A DNA stretch of 64,000 nt from an uncultured Brevundimonas sp. (GCA_964647275.1 CAZYFY010000005.1:46723-110722), one strand, 5' to 3'. Counted from the first letter of the stretch, positions 21,294 to 31,005 are shown. Numbers and translations: made by a program. Notes: generated by a model from the letters alone, not told the origin.

Positions 21294-22193
21294 CTATTTC
21301 GGCAGTTCATCCAGCTTGCCACGCAGCATCTGCAGGATGGCCGAGAAATCCCGCCCGCCGTAGCCGAGGCCATTGAACATCTGAAACAGGGCCTCAGTCT
21401 GGGCACCCAGTGGCGTCGATGCCCCCGACTTGGCCGCCGCATCCTGGGCCAGCTTGAGGTCTTTCAGCATCATGGCGGCTGCAAACCCGCCGTCATAGTT
21501 CCGGTTCGACGGCGCGGTCGGCACCGGACCGGGCCACGGATAGTAGGTCGTCACCGACCAGCTCTGGCCGGATGACTTGGCCATGATGTCGAACAGCCGG
21601 GCCGGATCAAGGTCCAGCTTCTCCGCCAGAGCGATGCCCTCGCACGTCGCCAGCATGGTGATGCCCAGGACCATGTTGTTGCAGATCTTGGCCGCCTGCC
21701 CCGCCCCGTGGTCACCGGCGCGGAACGTCGCGCGGCTCATCGGATCCAGCGCCGCCTCGATCCGTCCGAACTCAGCTTCACCACACCCGACCATGAAGGC
21801 CAGAGTTCCGGCATCTGCCGCCATCGTCCCGCCCGACACAGGCGCATCCGCGAAGACATAGCCTGCGTCCCCGGCCAGCCCCGCGACCTTGCGCGCCGTG
21901 TCGACGTCGATGGTCGAGCAGTCCAGGAGCAACGCCGTCGCCGGCGCCTTGCCGAACACCTCATCGGAATAGACCTTCAGCACATGCGGTCCGGCAGGCA
22001 GCATGGTGATGACCACATCGGCCCCCTCCACAGCCTCGGCCACCGAGCCAACGGGCGTACAGCCGTTTTCCCTGGCCCGCTCCAGCGCCGCCTGGCTCAG
22101 GTCAAAGGCGCGCACCTCGTGGCCGGCCTTGGCCTGATTGGCCGCCATGCCGCCGCCCATATTGCCCAGGCCGATGAAGGCGATCTTGCTCAT
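21294..22193 (-). CDS. mmsB: 3-hydroxyisobutyrate dehydrogenase
   Basis: MSKIAFIGLGNMGGGMAANQ (Rossmann), DAPVSGG, and the HIBADH signature region. Confidence 0.85.
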   Translation of the reverse strand: MSKIAFIGLGNMGGGMAANQAKAGHEVRAFDLSQAALERARENGCTPVGSVAEAVEGADVVITMLPAGPHVLKVYSDEVFGKAPATALLLDCSTIDVDTARKVAGLAGDAGYVFADAPVSGGTMAADAGTLAFMVGCGEAEFGRIEAALDPMSRATFRAGDHGAGQAAKICNNMVLGITMLATCEGIALAEKLDLDPARLFDIMAKSSGQSWSVTTYYPWPGPVPTAPSNRNYDGGFAAAMMLKDLKLAQDAAAKSGASTPLGAQTEALFQMFNGLGYGGRDFSAILQMLRGKLDELPK

Positions 22194-22304
22194 GTGTCAC
22201 TCCCGGATTCGATGGTGCGGGGAGTAGCACCCCCCCAACCGGTTCGTCACCCTTGAGCTCGCCGCGTCGGCCGAACCTGGTGGTGATCAGCCAAGCAGGT
22301 GCAA

Positions 22305-23804
22305 CTAGGCCGGACAGGCCGCGCCCGGCTTCTGGAAGATCAGGATGAACTGGCTGGTGTGACCCCGGATGGCCGGATCAAAGACATTGGCGGTCAATGG
22401 ATCGTCCGCATTTTCCAGCAGGTTGCTGGCCTGGATCAGATTGAAACCCGCCGCCTGAACCTCTGTGACGACCGCCGCCTCGTCAGCGCGATGCAGCGAA
22501 TGGGACAGCTCAAATCCGGTCCCGGCAGCGGCATGGTGGTCGACCACGAAATACCGGCCACAGGGCCGCAGGGCCCTGAAAATCTCGTCATTCACCGAGC
22601 CGGCCGTCGAGGCCGGGAATGGGGCCAGATGGAAGTCGTGATAGTTCTGGGCGGTGAAAACCAGGTCCAGCGCCCCTTCGGGCAGATCCAGCTCGGCAAA
22701 CCGGCTGATCTGGCCTGAGACGTTGTCATAGGCGGCATCGACGGCTTCAAGCTGAGCGCCGTACTCTGCATTGAAAGCCACGAACTCACCCGGCTGCCAG
22801 GCGTAGACATGTCCTGACGGCCCGACCAGATCAGCGAACAGTCGGGTGAAATAGCCGCCGCCGACGATCAGGTCCGCGACCTGATCGCCAGGCTGGACGG
22901 CGGCCAGTTCCAGCGTCTCTGCGGTGTGCCGGTCCACATCGCGGGCCCGGTCTTCTTCGGGGCGGCGCTCATCTGCGAGCGCATCGAGGATCGGAGCCTC
23001 CGGCTTTCTGAACAGATAGACGAACTGATCGGTTCGGCCCCGGATGCTGTCGTCAAAGACGCTGATGTCCAGGGGGTCGTCCCGGTTGGCCAGGACGCGG
23101 GTTTCCACCTCGAAGATGAAGCCGGCCTGCTCCACCTCGCGCCGCAGCGAAGCGCCTTCGATCCGATGCAGGGTCGCGACTTCGGAGTGTCCCGTCCCGG
23201 GCCGGCCCGAGTGATCCAGAACCACATAACGCCCACCCGGGCGCAGCGCGGCGAAGACCCGCCGGTTCATTTCGGCCACGTCGACATTGAACCGTTCAAT
23301 GTGGAAGTCGTGGTACTCCTGCCCCATGAAGACGACATCCAGGGGCGCGTCAAAGCTCATCTGGTCCAGCAAACCGATCACCGGCGTGACGTTGCCGTAC
23401 TCGGCCTGAAGGCCCTCGGCGAAAGCCTGCTCGCGCGACGCAGTCAGGGTTGGCACAAAGGCATAGACCTGCCCTCCCGGGCCGACGACCGGGGCAAACA
23501 GGCGAGTGAAATAGCCTTCTTCCGGGCGGATATCCGCGATCCGCTGCCCAGGCCCCAAACCGATGAAGGTCAGCATTTCGAACGGATGGCGCTGAGGGTC
23601 GCGCGCCACTTCAGCTTCGGGACGCCGCGGATCAGATATGGCCGCCTGATAGGTGCCCGCCAAGGACGACCCGTCACTGGCCATGGCGGCAATGGCCTGG
23701 GGTGCCGCCTCGGCTGCAACCTCGGCGCTCTGGTAGTCAGGCTGAGGAACCGCCGCTGCACAGCCGCAAAGCGACAGGGCCGTCACAAGAATCCAGCGTT
23801 TCAT
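22305..23804 (-). CDS. Lipoprotein made of two tandem class-I SAM-methyltransferase-like domains
   Basis: Lipobox LSLCGCAA. Two homologous halves, each with D(I/L)..(E/G)GYFTRLFA, YHDFH, LRP.GRY.V.DH...GTG and a C-terminal F..(F)(R/Q)KP. Confidence 0.7.
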   Translation of the reverse strand: MKRWILVTALSLCGCAAAVPQPDYQSAEVAAEAAPQAIAAMASDGSSLAGTYQAAISDPRRPEAEVARDPQRHPFEMLTFIGLGPGQRIADIRPEEGYFTRLFAPVVGPGGQVYAFVPTLTASREQAFAEGLQAEYGNVTPVIGLLDQMSFDAPLDVVFMGQEYHDFHIERFNVDVAEMNRRVFAALRPGGRYVVLDHSGRPGTGHSEVATLHRIEGASLRREVEQAGFIFEVETRVLANRDDPLDISVFDDSIRGRTDQFVYLFRKPEAPILDALADERRPEEDRARDVDRHTAETLELAAVQPGDQVADLIVGGGYFTRLFADLVGPSGHVYAWQPGEFVAFNAEYGAQLEAVDAAYDNVSGQISRFAELDLPEGALDLVFTAQNYHDFHLAPFPASTAGSVNDEIFRALRPCGRYFVVDHHAAAGTGFELSHSLHRADEAAVVTEVQAAGFNLIQASNLLENADDPLTANVFDPAIRGHTSQFILIFQKPGAACPA

Positions 23805-23885
23805 GTCTCATCCCCCGAGCGCGCAGGCACCTTGGCCCCTAACGCTGGCAGGATGCAATCGTTCCTGACCTCTGGCGGTACGGCG

Positions 23886-25358
23886 TCAGGCGTCGTGCGG
23901 GTCGTGATAGTCGTCTGGCGCGCGGCGGGTCACCTGCTTGACCTCTTCCTGCAGCCGGTGTGACAGCTTGCGCCGCTTCCACGGACGCCAGGCATTCGCC
24001 GGATCAGACGGATCGCCGATCTGATAGCGCGCCGTCAGCCGCCCCAACCACCCCGGCCTCTGGCTGCTGATGGGGGCCATGCGCCCTTTGGTGTTGAGCG
24101 CAGCGATGGCCCCTGCGACCGACCCGGCCGCCGCTTCGGCCTCGGCATATTTCTCGTCGGGAACGCCCAGGAAATGCGCCAGCAAATGGTGCCGAACTCC
24201 CCGGATGGCCGGGTCCGGCGCACCGCGCTCGATGGTCGCGTCGCACTCGGTGTCATAGCCGCAGGAGCGGTTGTTGAGATTGCTCGACCCAACGCGAAGC
24301 AAACGGTCGTCGATGACCGTCACCTTGGAATGGACGATGATGTTGTCGCCGCCCACAGTCTTCGGATGCCAGGCGGTCATGCGCCCATGAACATCAGCTT
24401 CCAGCAGCGTATGCAGAACCTCGGCGCGAGCCCCGTCCATGGTCGCATGGTCGAACCAGCTCGGGCTTTCACCGGTCGAAACCAGCACCACTTCCGGGCC
24501 TTCCGGCTCGCCCAGACGACGGGCGATCGCCGTGGCGATGACCGGTGAGGTGAAATACTGGTTCTCAAGGAAGATCAGATCCCTGGCCTGAGCGATCATG
24601 TCGAGGAACAGAGATTCGACATCCCGCGTCTTGACCGTATGGGACGCCCCGGACACCGTCAGGCTGATGCCCACGGTCGCGTCCGTCAGGGTCGGCTTGA
24701 TCGAGGCGGGCCAAGGATCGTAATCGACCTCGGCTGGCGTGACCGTCTCGTCGGTCACCCATTGCCAGTCATCCCGCACCAGTTGACCCAAGGCGTGCGC
24801 GGCCTCCCCGTCGACCATCATCACCACTTCGTGGCGGGGCTTGCGCGCCTCGCCGGACGGAAGAACCCGGTGGATGTCCAGGTCCAGATGCTGGCTGGTA
24901 TCCCAACGGTCCACCGATATGTCGCCGCCGGAAACAAAGGCCAGTCGATTGTCGATGACCAGAATTTTCTGGTGGTGGGCGGCCCCCAATGACAGCGGCT
25001 TGACCAGGCGCAGATCGACCGGATTGGAGTTGAACCAGCGAACAGCGCGTTGCGGGAACATCCCCTGCGAGGCCGCGATCGGCAGCGGTGAATTCCACAC
25101 CAGCAGCCGGATTTTCAAATCCGGTTTGGTTCGCGCCAGCCGCCGCATCTGATGGCCGACCTGGCCGGCGGCTCCGTGCGGCGGATTGATGGGGTCAAGC
25201 TGCGTGCGAGGATCGAACTGCCAGCCGATCAGCAGGACCGACTTCTCAGCCCTCTCAAGCACCTCCTCAACCACCGAGAAATAGGTGTCATTCTCGACCA
25301 GGATGGCGACCCGGTCGGCGTGGGCGATGTGCGAGCAGTTTCGACCGACTTCCAGCAT
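23886..25358 (-). CDS. Phospholipase D / cardiolipin-synthase-like protein with two HKD motifs
   Basis: HHQKILVIDNRLAFVSGGD and HSKVTVIDDRLLRVGSSNLNNRS. Confidence 0.85.
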   Translation of the reverse strand: MLEVGRNCSHIAHADRVAILVENDTYFSVVEEVLERAEKSVLLIGWQFDPRTQLDPINPPHGAAGQVGHQMRRLARTKPDLKIRLLVWNSPLPIAASQGMFPQRAVRWFNSNPVDLRLVKPLSLGAAHHQKILVIDNRLAFVSGGDISVDRWDTSQHLDLDIHRVLPSGEARKPRHEVVMMVDGEAAHALGQLVRDDWQWVTDETVTPAEVDYDPWPASIKPTLTDATVGISLTVSGASHTVKTRDVESLFLDMIAQARDLIFLENQYFTSPVIATAIARRLGEPEGPEVVLVSTGESPSWFDHATMDGARAEVLHTLLEADVHGRMTAWHPKTVGGDNIIVHSKVTVIDDRLLRVGSSNLNNRSCGYDTECDATIERGAPDPAIRGVRHHLLAHFLGVPDEKYAEAEAAAGSVAGAIAALNTKGRMAPISSQRPGWLGRLTARYQIGDPSDPANAWRPWKRRKLSHRLQEEVKQVTRRAPDDYHDPHDA

Positions 25359-25459
25359 TGTCCCTCGCGGCAGCCATCCGACCGATCTCGGTAGCGGCTT
25401 TCCCGATCAGTGCTTGGCCACGCACTCAAGGTCAATGTGCGCGCGTTGAAAAGGCGTGC

Positions 25460-26509
25460 CTAATCCAAGGGCGTCCACGCCTCGGCTGCTGGCAAGGGGG
25501 CGAAGAAGGCATCGAGCATGGCGTCGGTCACGCCCGCCAGCGTCTCTGGCTTCCAGTGCGGGGCGTTATCCTTGTCGACGATGACCGAACGCACGCCCTC
25601 CTGGAAATCATGGGTCTGCACGACGCGCCCACCCAGCGCATATTCCATGGCCATCACCTCTCCGAAGGTGGCCATCTTTGCGCCCGCTCGCATCTGGCGT
25701 AGCGACACCTTCAGCGACTGGGGAGACTTGGTTTTGAGCATTCCGAGCTGCTGATCGGCCCACTCTGCGCCTTCGGCCTCAAGGGCAGAGAAGATCGCCT
25801 CCACCGTATCGAGGGCGAAACAGCGATCCATCGTGTCCCGCTGTGGGGCCAGCGGTGCAGGACCGGGATCGCCCGCGAAGCGCGACACCACCTCAGCCGG
25901 GTGGCCGCCGCCTTCAATCAGCGCCAGCTTGAAAGCCTCGATCTGGTCTACTGGAATGAAGTGCGTTCCGACTTCCAGCGGCAGGCAATCCGCCGCTTTG
26001 ATCCGTGCACCGGTCAGGGCCAGCCAGATACCCGTCTCGCCCGGCATGCGCGGCAGGAACCAGCCGCCGCCGACATCGGGAAACAGGCCGATACCCGTCT
26101 CGGGCATGGCGTAGAGCGTCCGCTCCGTCACGATACGGAACGGGGCCGGGTCCGATATGCCGACGCCGCCGCCCATGACGATCCCATCCATCACCGCCAC
26201 GATAGGCTTGGGATAGCGGACCATCAGATCGTTCAGCCGGTATTCGACCAGAAAAAAGGCCTTGGCCTCAACCGCATCGCCCGCCCCGCTCTCGGCGATC
26301 ATGCGAATGTCACCGCCGGCGCAAAAGCCGCGCTCGCCAGCATGGTCGATCAATATTGAACGAACCTGGTTGTCGTCACGCCAGGCCAGCAGGGCCTCGG
26401 TCATGATCTCGCACATACCCCGGTTCAGGGCATTCAGGGCACGCGGCCGATTCAGGGTCAGGCGACCCACTCCGTTTTGGACTGAGACTAGGACTTCGGC
26501 TTCACTCAT
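25460..26509 (-). CDS. Enoyl-CoA hydratase/isomerase family, 3-hydroxyisobutyryl-CoA hydrolase-like
   Basis: MSEAEVLVSVQNGVGRLTLNRPRALNAL...FCAGGDIR. Start trimmed to the ATG at 26509. Confidence 0.85.
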   Translation of the reverse strand: MSEAEVLVSVQNGVGRLTLNRPRALNALNRGMCEIMTEALLAWRDDNQVRSILIDHAGERGFCAGGDIRMIAESGAGDAVEAKAFFLVEYRLNDLMVRYPKPIVAVMDGIVMGGGVGISDPAPFRIVTERTLYAMPETGIGLFPDVGGGWFLPRMPGETGIWLALTGARIKAADCLPLEVGTHFIPVDQIEAFKLALIEGGGHPAEVVSRFAGDPGPAPLAPQRDTMDRCFALDTVEAIFSALEAEGAEWADQQLGMLKTKSPQSLKVSLRQMRAGAKMATFGEVMAMEYALGGRVVQTHDFQEGVRSVIVDKDNAPHWKPETLAGVTDAMLDAFFAPLPAAEAWTPLD

Positions 26510-26611
26510 GGGCGCGGCTCTAGGGCGATGCGGCTCTATCGTCCAGTGCGTTCGAACCAGGCCTATTCCACATTCAGATCGATTGTTCTGTTCAATACAA
26601 AAATATCCGTC

Positions 26612-26634
26612 ATGGCCGGGCGTGTCCCGGCCAT
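26612..26634. repeat. Perfect 9-bp-stem palindrome ATGGCCGGG-CGTGT-CCCGGCCAT
   Basis: Read directly from the sequence. Intercistronic in the valine-catabolism operon. Confidence 0.7.
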
Positions 26635-26710
26635 CCATCACCACCATCATCCGTCAGCCGACGGCGACTGTTTCCACATCAAAACCACTGGATACTCAAA
26701 GAGGTGATGG

Positions 26711-26733
26711 ATTCCCGGCACAAGGCCGGGAAT
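26711..26733. repeat. Perfect 9-bp-stem palindrome ATTCCCGGC-ACAAG-GCCGGGAAT, followed by a T-run on the + strand
   Basis: Read directly from the sequence. The (T/C)CCCGG...CCGGGA core is shared with the hairpins at 52574-52728. Confidence 0.7.
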
Positions 26734-26758
26734 GACGATTTTTGAATGTCGATTGAAC

Positions 26759-27190
26759 CTAGCGAAATCGCTCAACACCCACCCAGCCCTCTGCCTCAAG
26801 CTCCGGTCTGAGTGTTCCTACCACTAGGCCGATCCAACCCGACCTCGCATCGCCAAAAGCACTAGCGAGCCTTTCGCTGTGCTCTAAGGCCTGCCACAGG
26901 ACCAAGTCCCCCGCCCGCAGCCGAGGCCCGACTGGTCCCACCGTTTCACTTAGAGTGGTAAAGCCGTCATTATCACCGGCTACCCTTAACTGGACGATCT
27001 GGTTGCCGTCGATTTCCTGGCGAAGATTCTCAGTATCCGTACCCAACACTACCGCCGGCAATGCCACGCCGGGTCTTAACTTGCAGACCATAAACGCTGA
27101 CGAGTAGTCCACGGCAGCGTGTGCATCCTTGAAGATTAGTGGATACGGAATCCCAAATGGTGATTTCTTAGGTTTGCCCCATCCGAACAT
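26759..27190 (-). CDS. Hypothetical protein (143 aa), lower-GC insert in the valine-catabolism operon
   Basis: Intact ORF 17 nt downstream of the acyl-CoA dehydrogenase stop. No signal peptide and no recognisable motif. Confidence 0.45.
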   Translation of the reverse strand: MFGWGKPKKSPFGIPYPLIFKDAHAAVDYSSAFMVCKLRPGVALPAVVLGTDTENLRQEIDGNQIVQLRVAGDNDGFTTLSETVGPVGPRLRAGDLVLWQALEHSERLASAFGDARSGWIGLVVGTLRPELEAEGWVGVERFR

Positions 27191-27207
27191 AGCGTCTCCC
27201 TCGATTA

Positions 27208-28347
27208 TTACTGCCGTCCCAGCTCTCGGGCCGTAATCATGCGCATGATCTCATTGGTGCCTTCCAGAATGCGGTGCACCCTCAGATCGCGCACGATCCG
27301 CTCCAGTGGATAGTCCTTCAGGTACCCGTAGCCGCCATGCAGTTGCAGCGCATCATCGGCGATCTGGTGGCAGGCGTCGGTCGTCAGCCGCTTGGCCATG
27401 GCGCACCATTTGGTCTTCTCGGGATGCGCAGTGTCGATCGCCCAGGCTCCACGCAGCACCATCAGACGCGCCGCCTCCAGCTGGGTCGCCATGTCCGCAA
27501 TCTTGAACTGGGTGTTTTGGAAGTCGCCGATGGCTTTTCCGAATTGCTTGCGCGTCTTGACGTAGTCCTGGGCCGTCTCCAGTGCCAACCGCGCGCCGCC
27601 GAGGCTGCAGGCCGCGATGTTCAGCCGCCCGCCATCGAGGCCGGCCATCGCATAGCGAAAGCCCTCTCCCTCGCCACCGACCCGGTTCGCCACCGGCACC
27701 CGGCAATCATCGAAACTGACCACGGCGGTCGGCTGGCTGGACCAGCCCATCTTCTTCTCATTGGCCCCGAAGCTCAGGCCCGGCGTTCCCTTTTCGACGA
27801 CCAGACACGAGATGCCTTTTGGCCCATCCTCGCCCGTACGAACCATCACGACATAGACGTCTGACACGCCTGCGCCTGAGATGAAGGCTTTCGAGCCGTT
27901 CAGCACATAGTGGTCACCATCACGAACAGCCGAGGTCCGCAGGGCCGCCGCGTCCGACCCCGATCCCGGTTCGGTCAGACAATAGCTGGCGATCTTCTCC
28001 ATCGTCACAAGCGACGGCACCAGACGTGCACGCAGCTCATCAGACCCGAAGCTGTCGATCATCCAGGTCGCCATGTTGTGAATCGAAATGAACGCTGCCG
28101 TCGACACGTCGCCCCGGCTCAGTTCCTCGAAGATCAGCGCCGCCTCGACCCGCCCCAGGGCCATGCCGCCGTGCTCTTCGCCGGTATAGATGCCGCAAAA
28201 GCCCATCTCGGCAGCCATGCGCATGACATCGACCGGAAAGTGCTTCGTCTCGTCCCACTCGGCGGAATGCGGTGACAGTTCGGCTTCAGCAAACTGGCGT
28301 GCAGCATCCTGGATGGCGCGTTGGTCGTCGGTCAGGGCGAAATCCAT
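27208..28347 (-). CDS. Acyl-CoA dehydrogenase (isobutyryl-CoA dehydrogenase-like)
   Basis: MDFALTDDQRAIQDAARQFA..., CLTEPGSGSDAA, and C-terminal QLHGGYGY...EGTNEI. Start trimmed to the ATG at 28347. Confidence 0.9.
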   Translation of the reverse strand: MDFALTDDQRAIQDAARQFAEAELSPHSAEWDETKHFPVDVMRMAAEMGFCGIYTGEEHGGMALGRVEAALIFEELSRGDVSTAAFISIHNMATWMIDSFGSDELRARLVPSLVTMEKIASYCLTEPGSGSDAAALRTSAVRDGDHYVLNGSKAFISGAGVSDVYVVMVRTGEDGPKGISCLVVEKGTPGLSFGANEKKMGWSSQPTAVVSFDDCRVPVANRVGGEGEGFRYAMAGLDGGRLNIAACSLGGARLALETAQDYVKTRKQFGKAIGDFQNTQFKIADMATQLEAARLMVLRGAWAIDTAHPEKTKWCAMAKRLTTDACHQIADDALQLHGGYGYLKDYPLERIVRDLRVHRILEGTNEIMRMITARELGRQ

Positions 28348-28444
28348 AGGTCCTCGTTTCCCTTGCGGGTAGTTTGCCTGGGCGGCGCTTTCGGCTAAGC
28401 CCGCGCCATTCAGGCCTTGACCGGCCGGTTGCGGAGTCGCCTTG

Positions 28445-28936
28445 ATGTCGGACATGGGTTCTAGTGGAGCGACCGCTCGCACGCAAAGCGATGATCGCGC
28501 CCTGGCCTTCGTGGTCTATGCCATGCACTTCCTGTCGCCATTCGTGTTCGGCCTGACGGCCCTGATCGGCGTGGCCATCGCCTATGTCCGCAAGCCGGAG
28601 GCAGAGCCGCTGCTGTGCTCGCACTATCGCTTCCAGATTCGGGTTTTCTGGGTGGGGTTCGCCCTGTCGGTCATTGCCGCCTTCGCGGTCATGATTGGTC
28701 TGGGATTGATGTTCTGGGAGCTCGGCAACGCCTTCCTGTCCAACATGCCGGCAGACGCTGTGGACGCGGTGTCGCGTGACCTGGACGTCAATCTGCCGGT
28801 GGCCGCATTTGTCTCGCTGATCGTGGCGGCCTGTGCCTGGGTGGCCACCGCCTTCTGGATGATCATTGCCTCGGTCGCAGGTGCCCTGCGGCTTTCAGCC
28901 GGCCGCCCGATTGGTCGCAGCGGAGGACCGGCATGA
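28445..28936 (+). CDS. Small integral membrane protein
   Basis: Four hydrophobic helices. Stop overlaps the hemB start (ATGA). Confidence 0.5.
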   Translation: MSDMGSSGATARTQSDDRALAFVVYAMHFLSPFVFGLTALIGVAIAYVRKPEAEPLLCSHYRFQIRVFWVGFALSVIAAFAVMIGLGLMFWELGNAFLSNMPADAVDAVSRDLDVNLPVAAFVSLIVAACAWVATAFWMIIASVAGALRLSAGRPIGRSGGPA

Positions 28937-29931
28937 CCGTAGCGCCTGCTCCCTTTCCCCTGGCTCGGCCCCGGCGTCTGCGCGCCAGTCCATGGATTCG
29001 GCGGCTGGTAGCGGAAACGCGGGTGATGCCGGCAGATCTGGTCTGGCCGTTGATCATCCATGATGGAGACGACGCTCGGGTGCCGGTGCCGTCCATGCCG
29101 GGCGTTGATCGCCTCTCCCCCGCCGAAGCCGTCAAGGCGGCCCGTGAGGCGCTTGAGCTGGGAATCCCCGCCGTCGCCCTGTTTCCGAACATCAGCGCGA
29201 CGGCAAAGGACGCCATCGGCTCCGGTGCCACAGACCCGGACGGCCTGGTCCCCGAGACGGTCCGCGCCATCAAGAACGCAGTCCCCGAGATCGGCGTGAT
29301 GACGGATGTGGCCCTCGATTGCTACACCGATCACGGCCATGACGGCGTGCTGGAAGACGGTCGTATCCTCAATGACGCCAGCCTCGAGCGCCTGGCCGAA
29401 CAGGCCTTCATCCACGCCCATGCCGGTGCCGATATCGTCGCCCCGTCCGACATGATGGATGGTCGCGTCCAGGCCATCCGCGAGGCGCTGGAGGCCAATG
29501 GCTTCTCCGACACCCTGATCCTCAGCTACGCGGCCAAATACGCCTCGGCCTTCTACGGCCCCTATCGCGATGCCGTCGGCAGCGCCAAGGCCCTGACCGG
29601 CGACAAGAAGACCTATCAGATGGACCCCGCCAACACCGATGAGGCAATCAAGGAGGTTGCCCTGGATCTGGCCGAAGGGGCCGACATGGTCATGGTCAAG
29701 CCAGGGATGCTTTATCTCGATATTATTCAGCGGGTTGCCGAGACTTTCAAAGTTCCGACCTTTGCCTATCAGGTGTCCGGCGAATACGCGATGATGCGCG
29801 CCGCCATCGCGAACGGCTGGCTGGAAGAAGACCGCGCCATTCTCGAAAGCCTGATGGCCTTCAAGCGCGCCGGATGCAGCGGCGTCCTGACCTATTTCGC
29901 CCCGCAGGCAGCCCGACTATTGAACACCTGA
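28933..29931 (+). CDS. hemB: Porphobilinogen synthase (delta-aminolevulinate dehydratase)
   Basis: RPRRLR, VAPSDMMDGRV, MVKPG (Schiff-base lysine), YQVSGEYAM. Confidence 0.95.
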   Translation: MTVAPAPFPLARPRRLRASPWIRRLVAETRVMPADLVWPLIIHDGDDARVPVPSMPGVDRLSPAEAVKAAREALELGIPAVALFPNISATAKDAIGSGATDPDGLVPETVRAIKNAVPEIGVMTDVALDCYTDHGHDGVLEDGRILNDASLERLAEQAFIHAHAGADIVAPSDMMDGRVQAIREALEANGFSDTLILSYAAKYASAFYGPYRDAVGSAKALTGDKKTYQMDPANTDEAIKEVALDLAEGADMVMVKPGMLYLDIIQRVAETFKVPTFAYQVSGEYAMMRAAIANGWLEEDRAILESLMAFKRAGCSGVLTYFAPQAARLLNT

Positions 29932-29955
29932 CGTCGCCCACGAAAGGGACCCACC

Positions 29956-30456
29956 ATGTCAAACGCCGACGACAATCCCTGCGATACTGACGGCGTTGCG
30001 CACGCCTTTGACCTGGTCCTCGAGCGTACCATCGACGCGACACCCGATGTCGTCTTTCGCGCCTATACGGACCCCGCCCTGCTCAGTCAGTGGTTCGCCC
30101 CGCACCCCTGGCGCATCACCGATGCGATCATCGAGCCGCGCCCGGGTGGCCGCATGAGCTTCGTCATGCACGGCCCCAACGGCGAGCGTTTCCCCAACAC
30201 AGGCGTCTACCTCGACGTCGTCCCCGATCGCCGTCTGGTCAGCACGGACGCCTTTACGCCCGACTGGAAGCCCGCCGGCCAGCCGTTCATGGTCGCCCAT
30301 GTCGAATTGGAGCCGACCGACGAGGGCAAGACGCGTCTGCGCGCCATCGCCCGCCACTGGAACCGTGAAACGATGGAACAACACCTCGCCATGGGTTTCC
30401 ATGAAGGTTGGGGCCAGGTCGCCGACCAACTCAATGTGCTTGTGAAAACTCTCTAG
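29956..30456 (+). CDS. SRPBCC (AHSA1/START-like) domain protein
   Basis: RTIDATPDVVFRAYTDPALLSQWF...GWGQVADQL pattern. Confidence 0.7.
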   Translation: MSNADDNPCDTDGVAHAFDLVLERTIDATPDVVFRAYTDPALLSQWFAPHPWRITDAIIEPRPGGRMSFVMHGPNGERFPNTGVYLDVVPDRRLVSTDAFTPDWKPAGQPFMVAHVELEPTDEGKTRLRAIARHWNRETMEQHLAMGFHEGWGQVADQLNVLVKTL

Positions 30457-30481
30457 CCATCCGTGGCCCCAGGAGCCTGCC

Positions 30482-30910
30482 ATGAAGATTATTCCCAGCC
30501 TCAGCTTCAACGGCCAATGCCGCGAGGCCTTTGAGTTCTACGCCCGTATTCTCGGCGGCGAGATCATCTCGGCCTTTCCGTATGGCGAGGGTCCGCCGGA
30601 CATGCCGGTCGGGCCCCAGTACAAGGACTGGTTGATGCACGCCTGGCTCCAGATCGGCGACCAGGCGATCATGGGGGCGGACATGGACAAGGACTGGGCT
30701 CCCAACATCGACAAGCCCAAGAACGGTTTCGACGTCGCGGTTCACACCGACGATGTCGATCAGGCCCGCGCGTGGTTTGAGGGCCTTTCCGAAGGCGGTC
30801 GGGTCATCATGCCCTTCCAGGCGACGTTCTGGTCACCCGGCTACGGCTCCTTCACCGACAAGTTCGGCATCCCCTGGATGGTGAATACCAACGGCCAACC
30901 GCCGGCCTGA
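30482..30910 (+). CDS. VOC/glyoxalase family protein (PhnB-like)
   Basis: MKIIPSLSFNGQCREAFEFYARILGG...HAWLQIGDQAIMGAD...DKFGIPWMVN. Confidence 0.75.
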   Translation: MKIIPSLSFNGQCREAFEFYARILGGEIISAFPYGEGPPDMPVGPQYKDWLMHAWLQIGDQAIMGADMDKDWAPNIDKPKNGFDVAVHTDDVDQARAWFEGLSEGGRVIMPFQATFWSPGYGSFTDKFGIPWMVNTNGQPPA

Positions 30911-31005
30911 TGGCCCAACACCCCCATTCACAGGCGGCATCCTGCGGTTGATTGACAGGAATTGAACTCCGTTCGACAAGCTGGGAATTCACCTGGGAGG
31001 GGAAT

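Noticed and set aside
22926-23963. 345-aa plus-strand ORF
   Set aside because: It is antisense to the duplicated methyltransferase lipoprotein gene and has no motifs.
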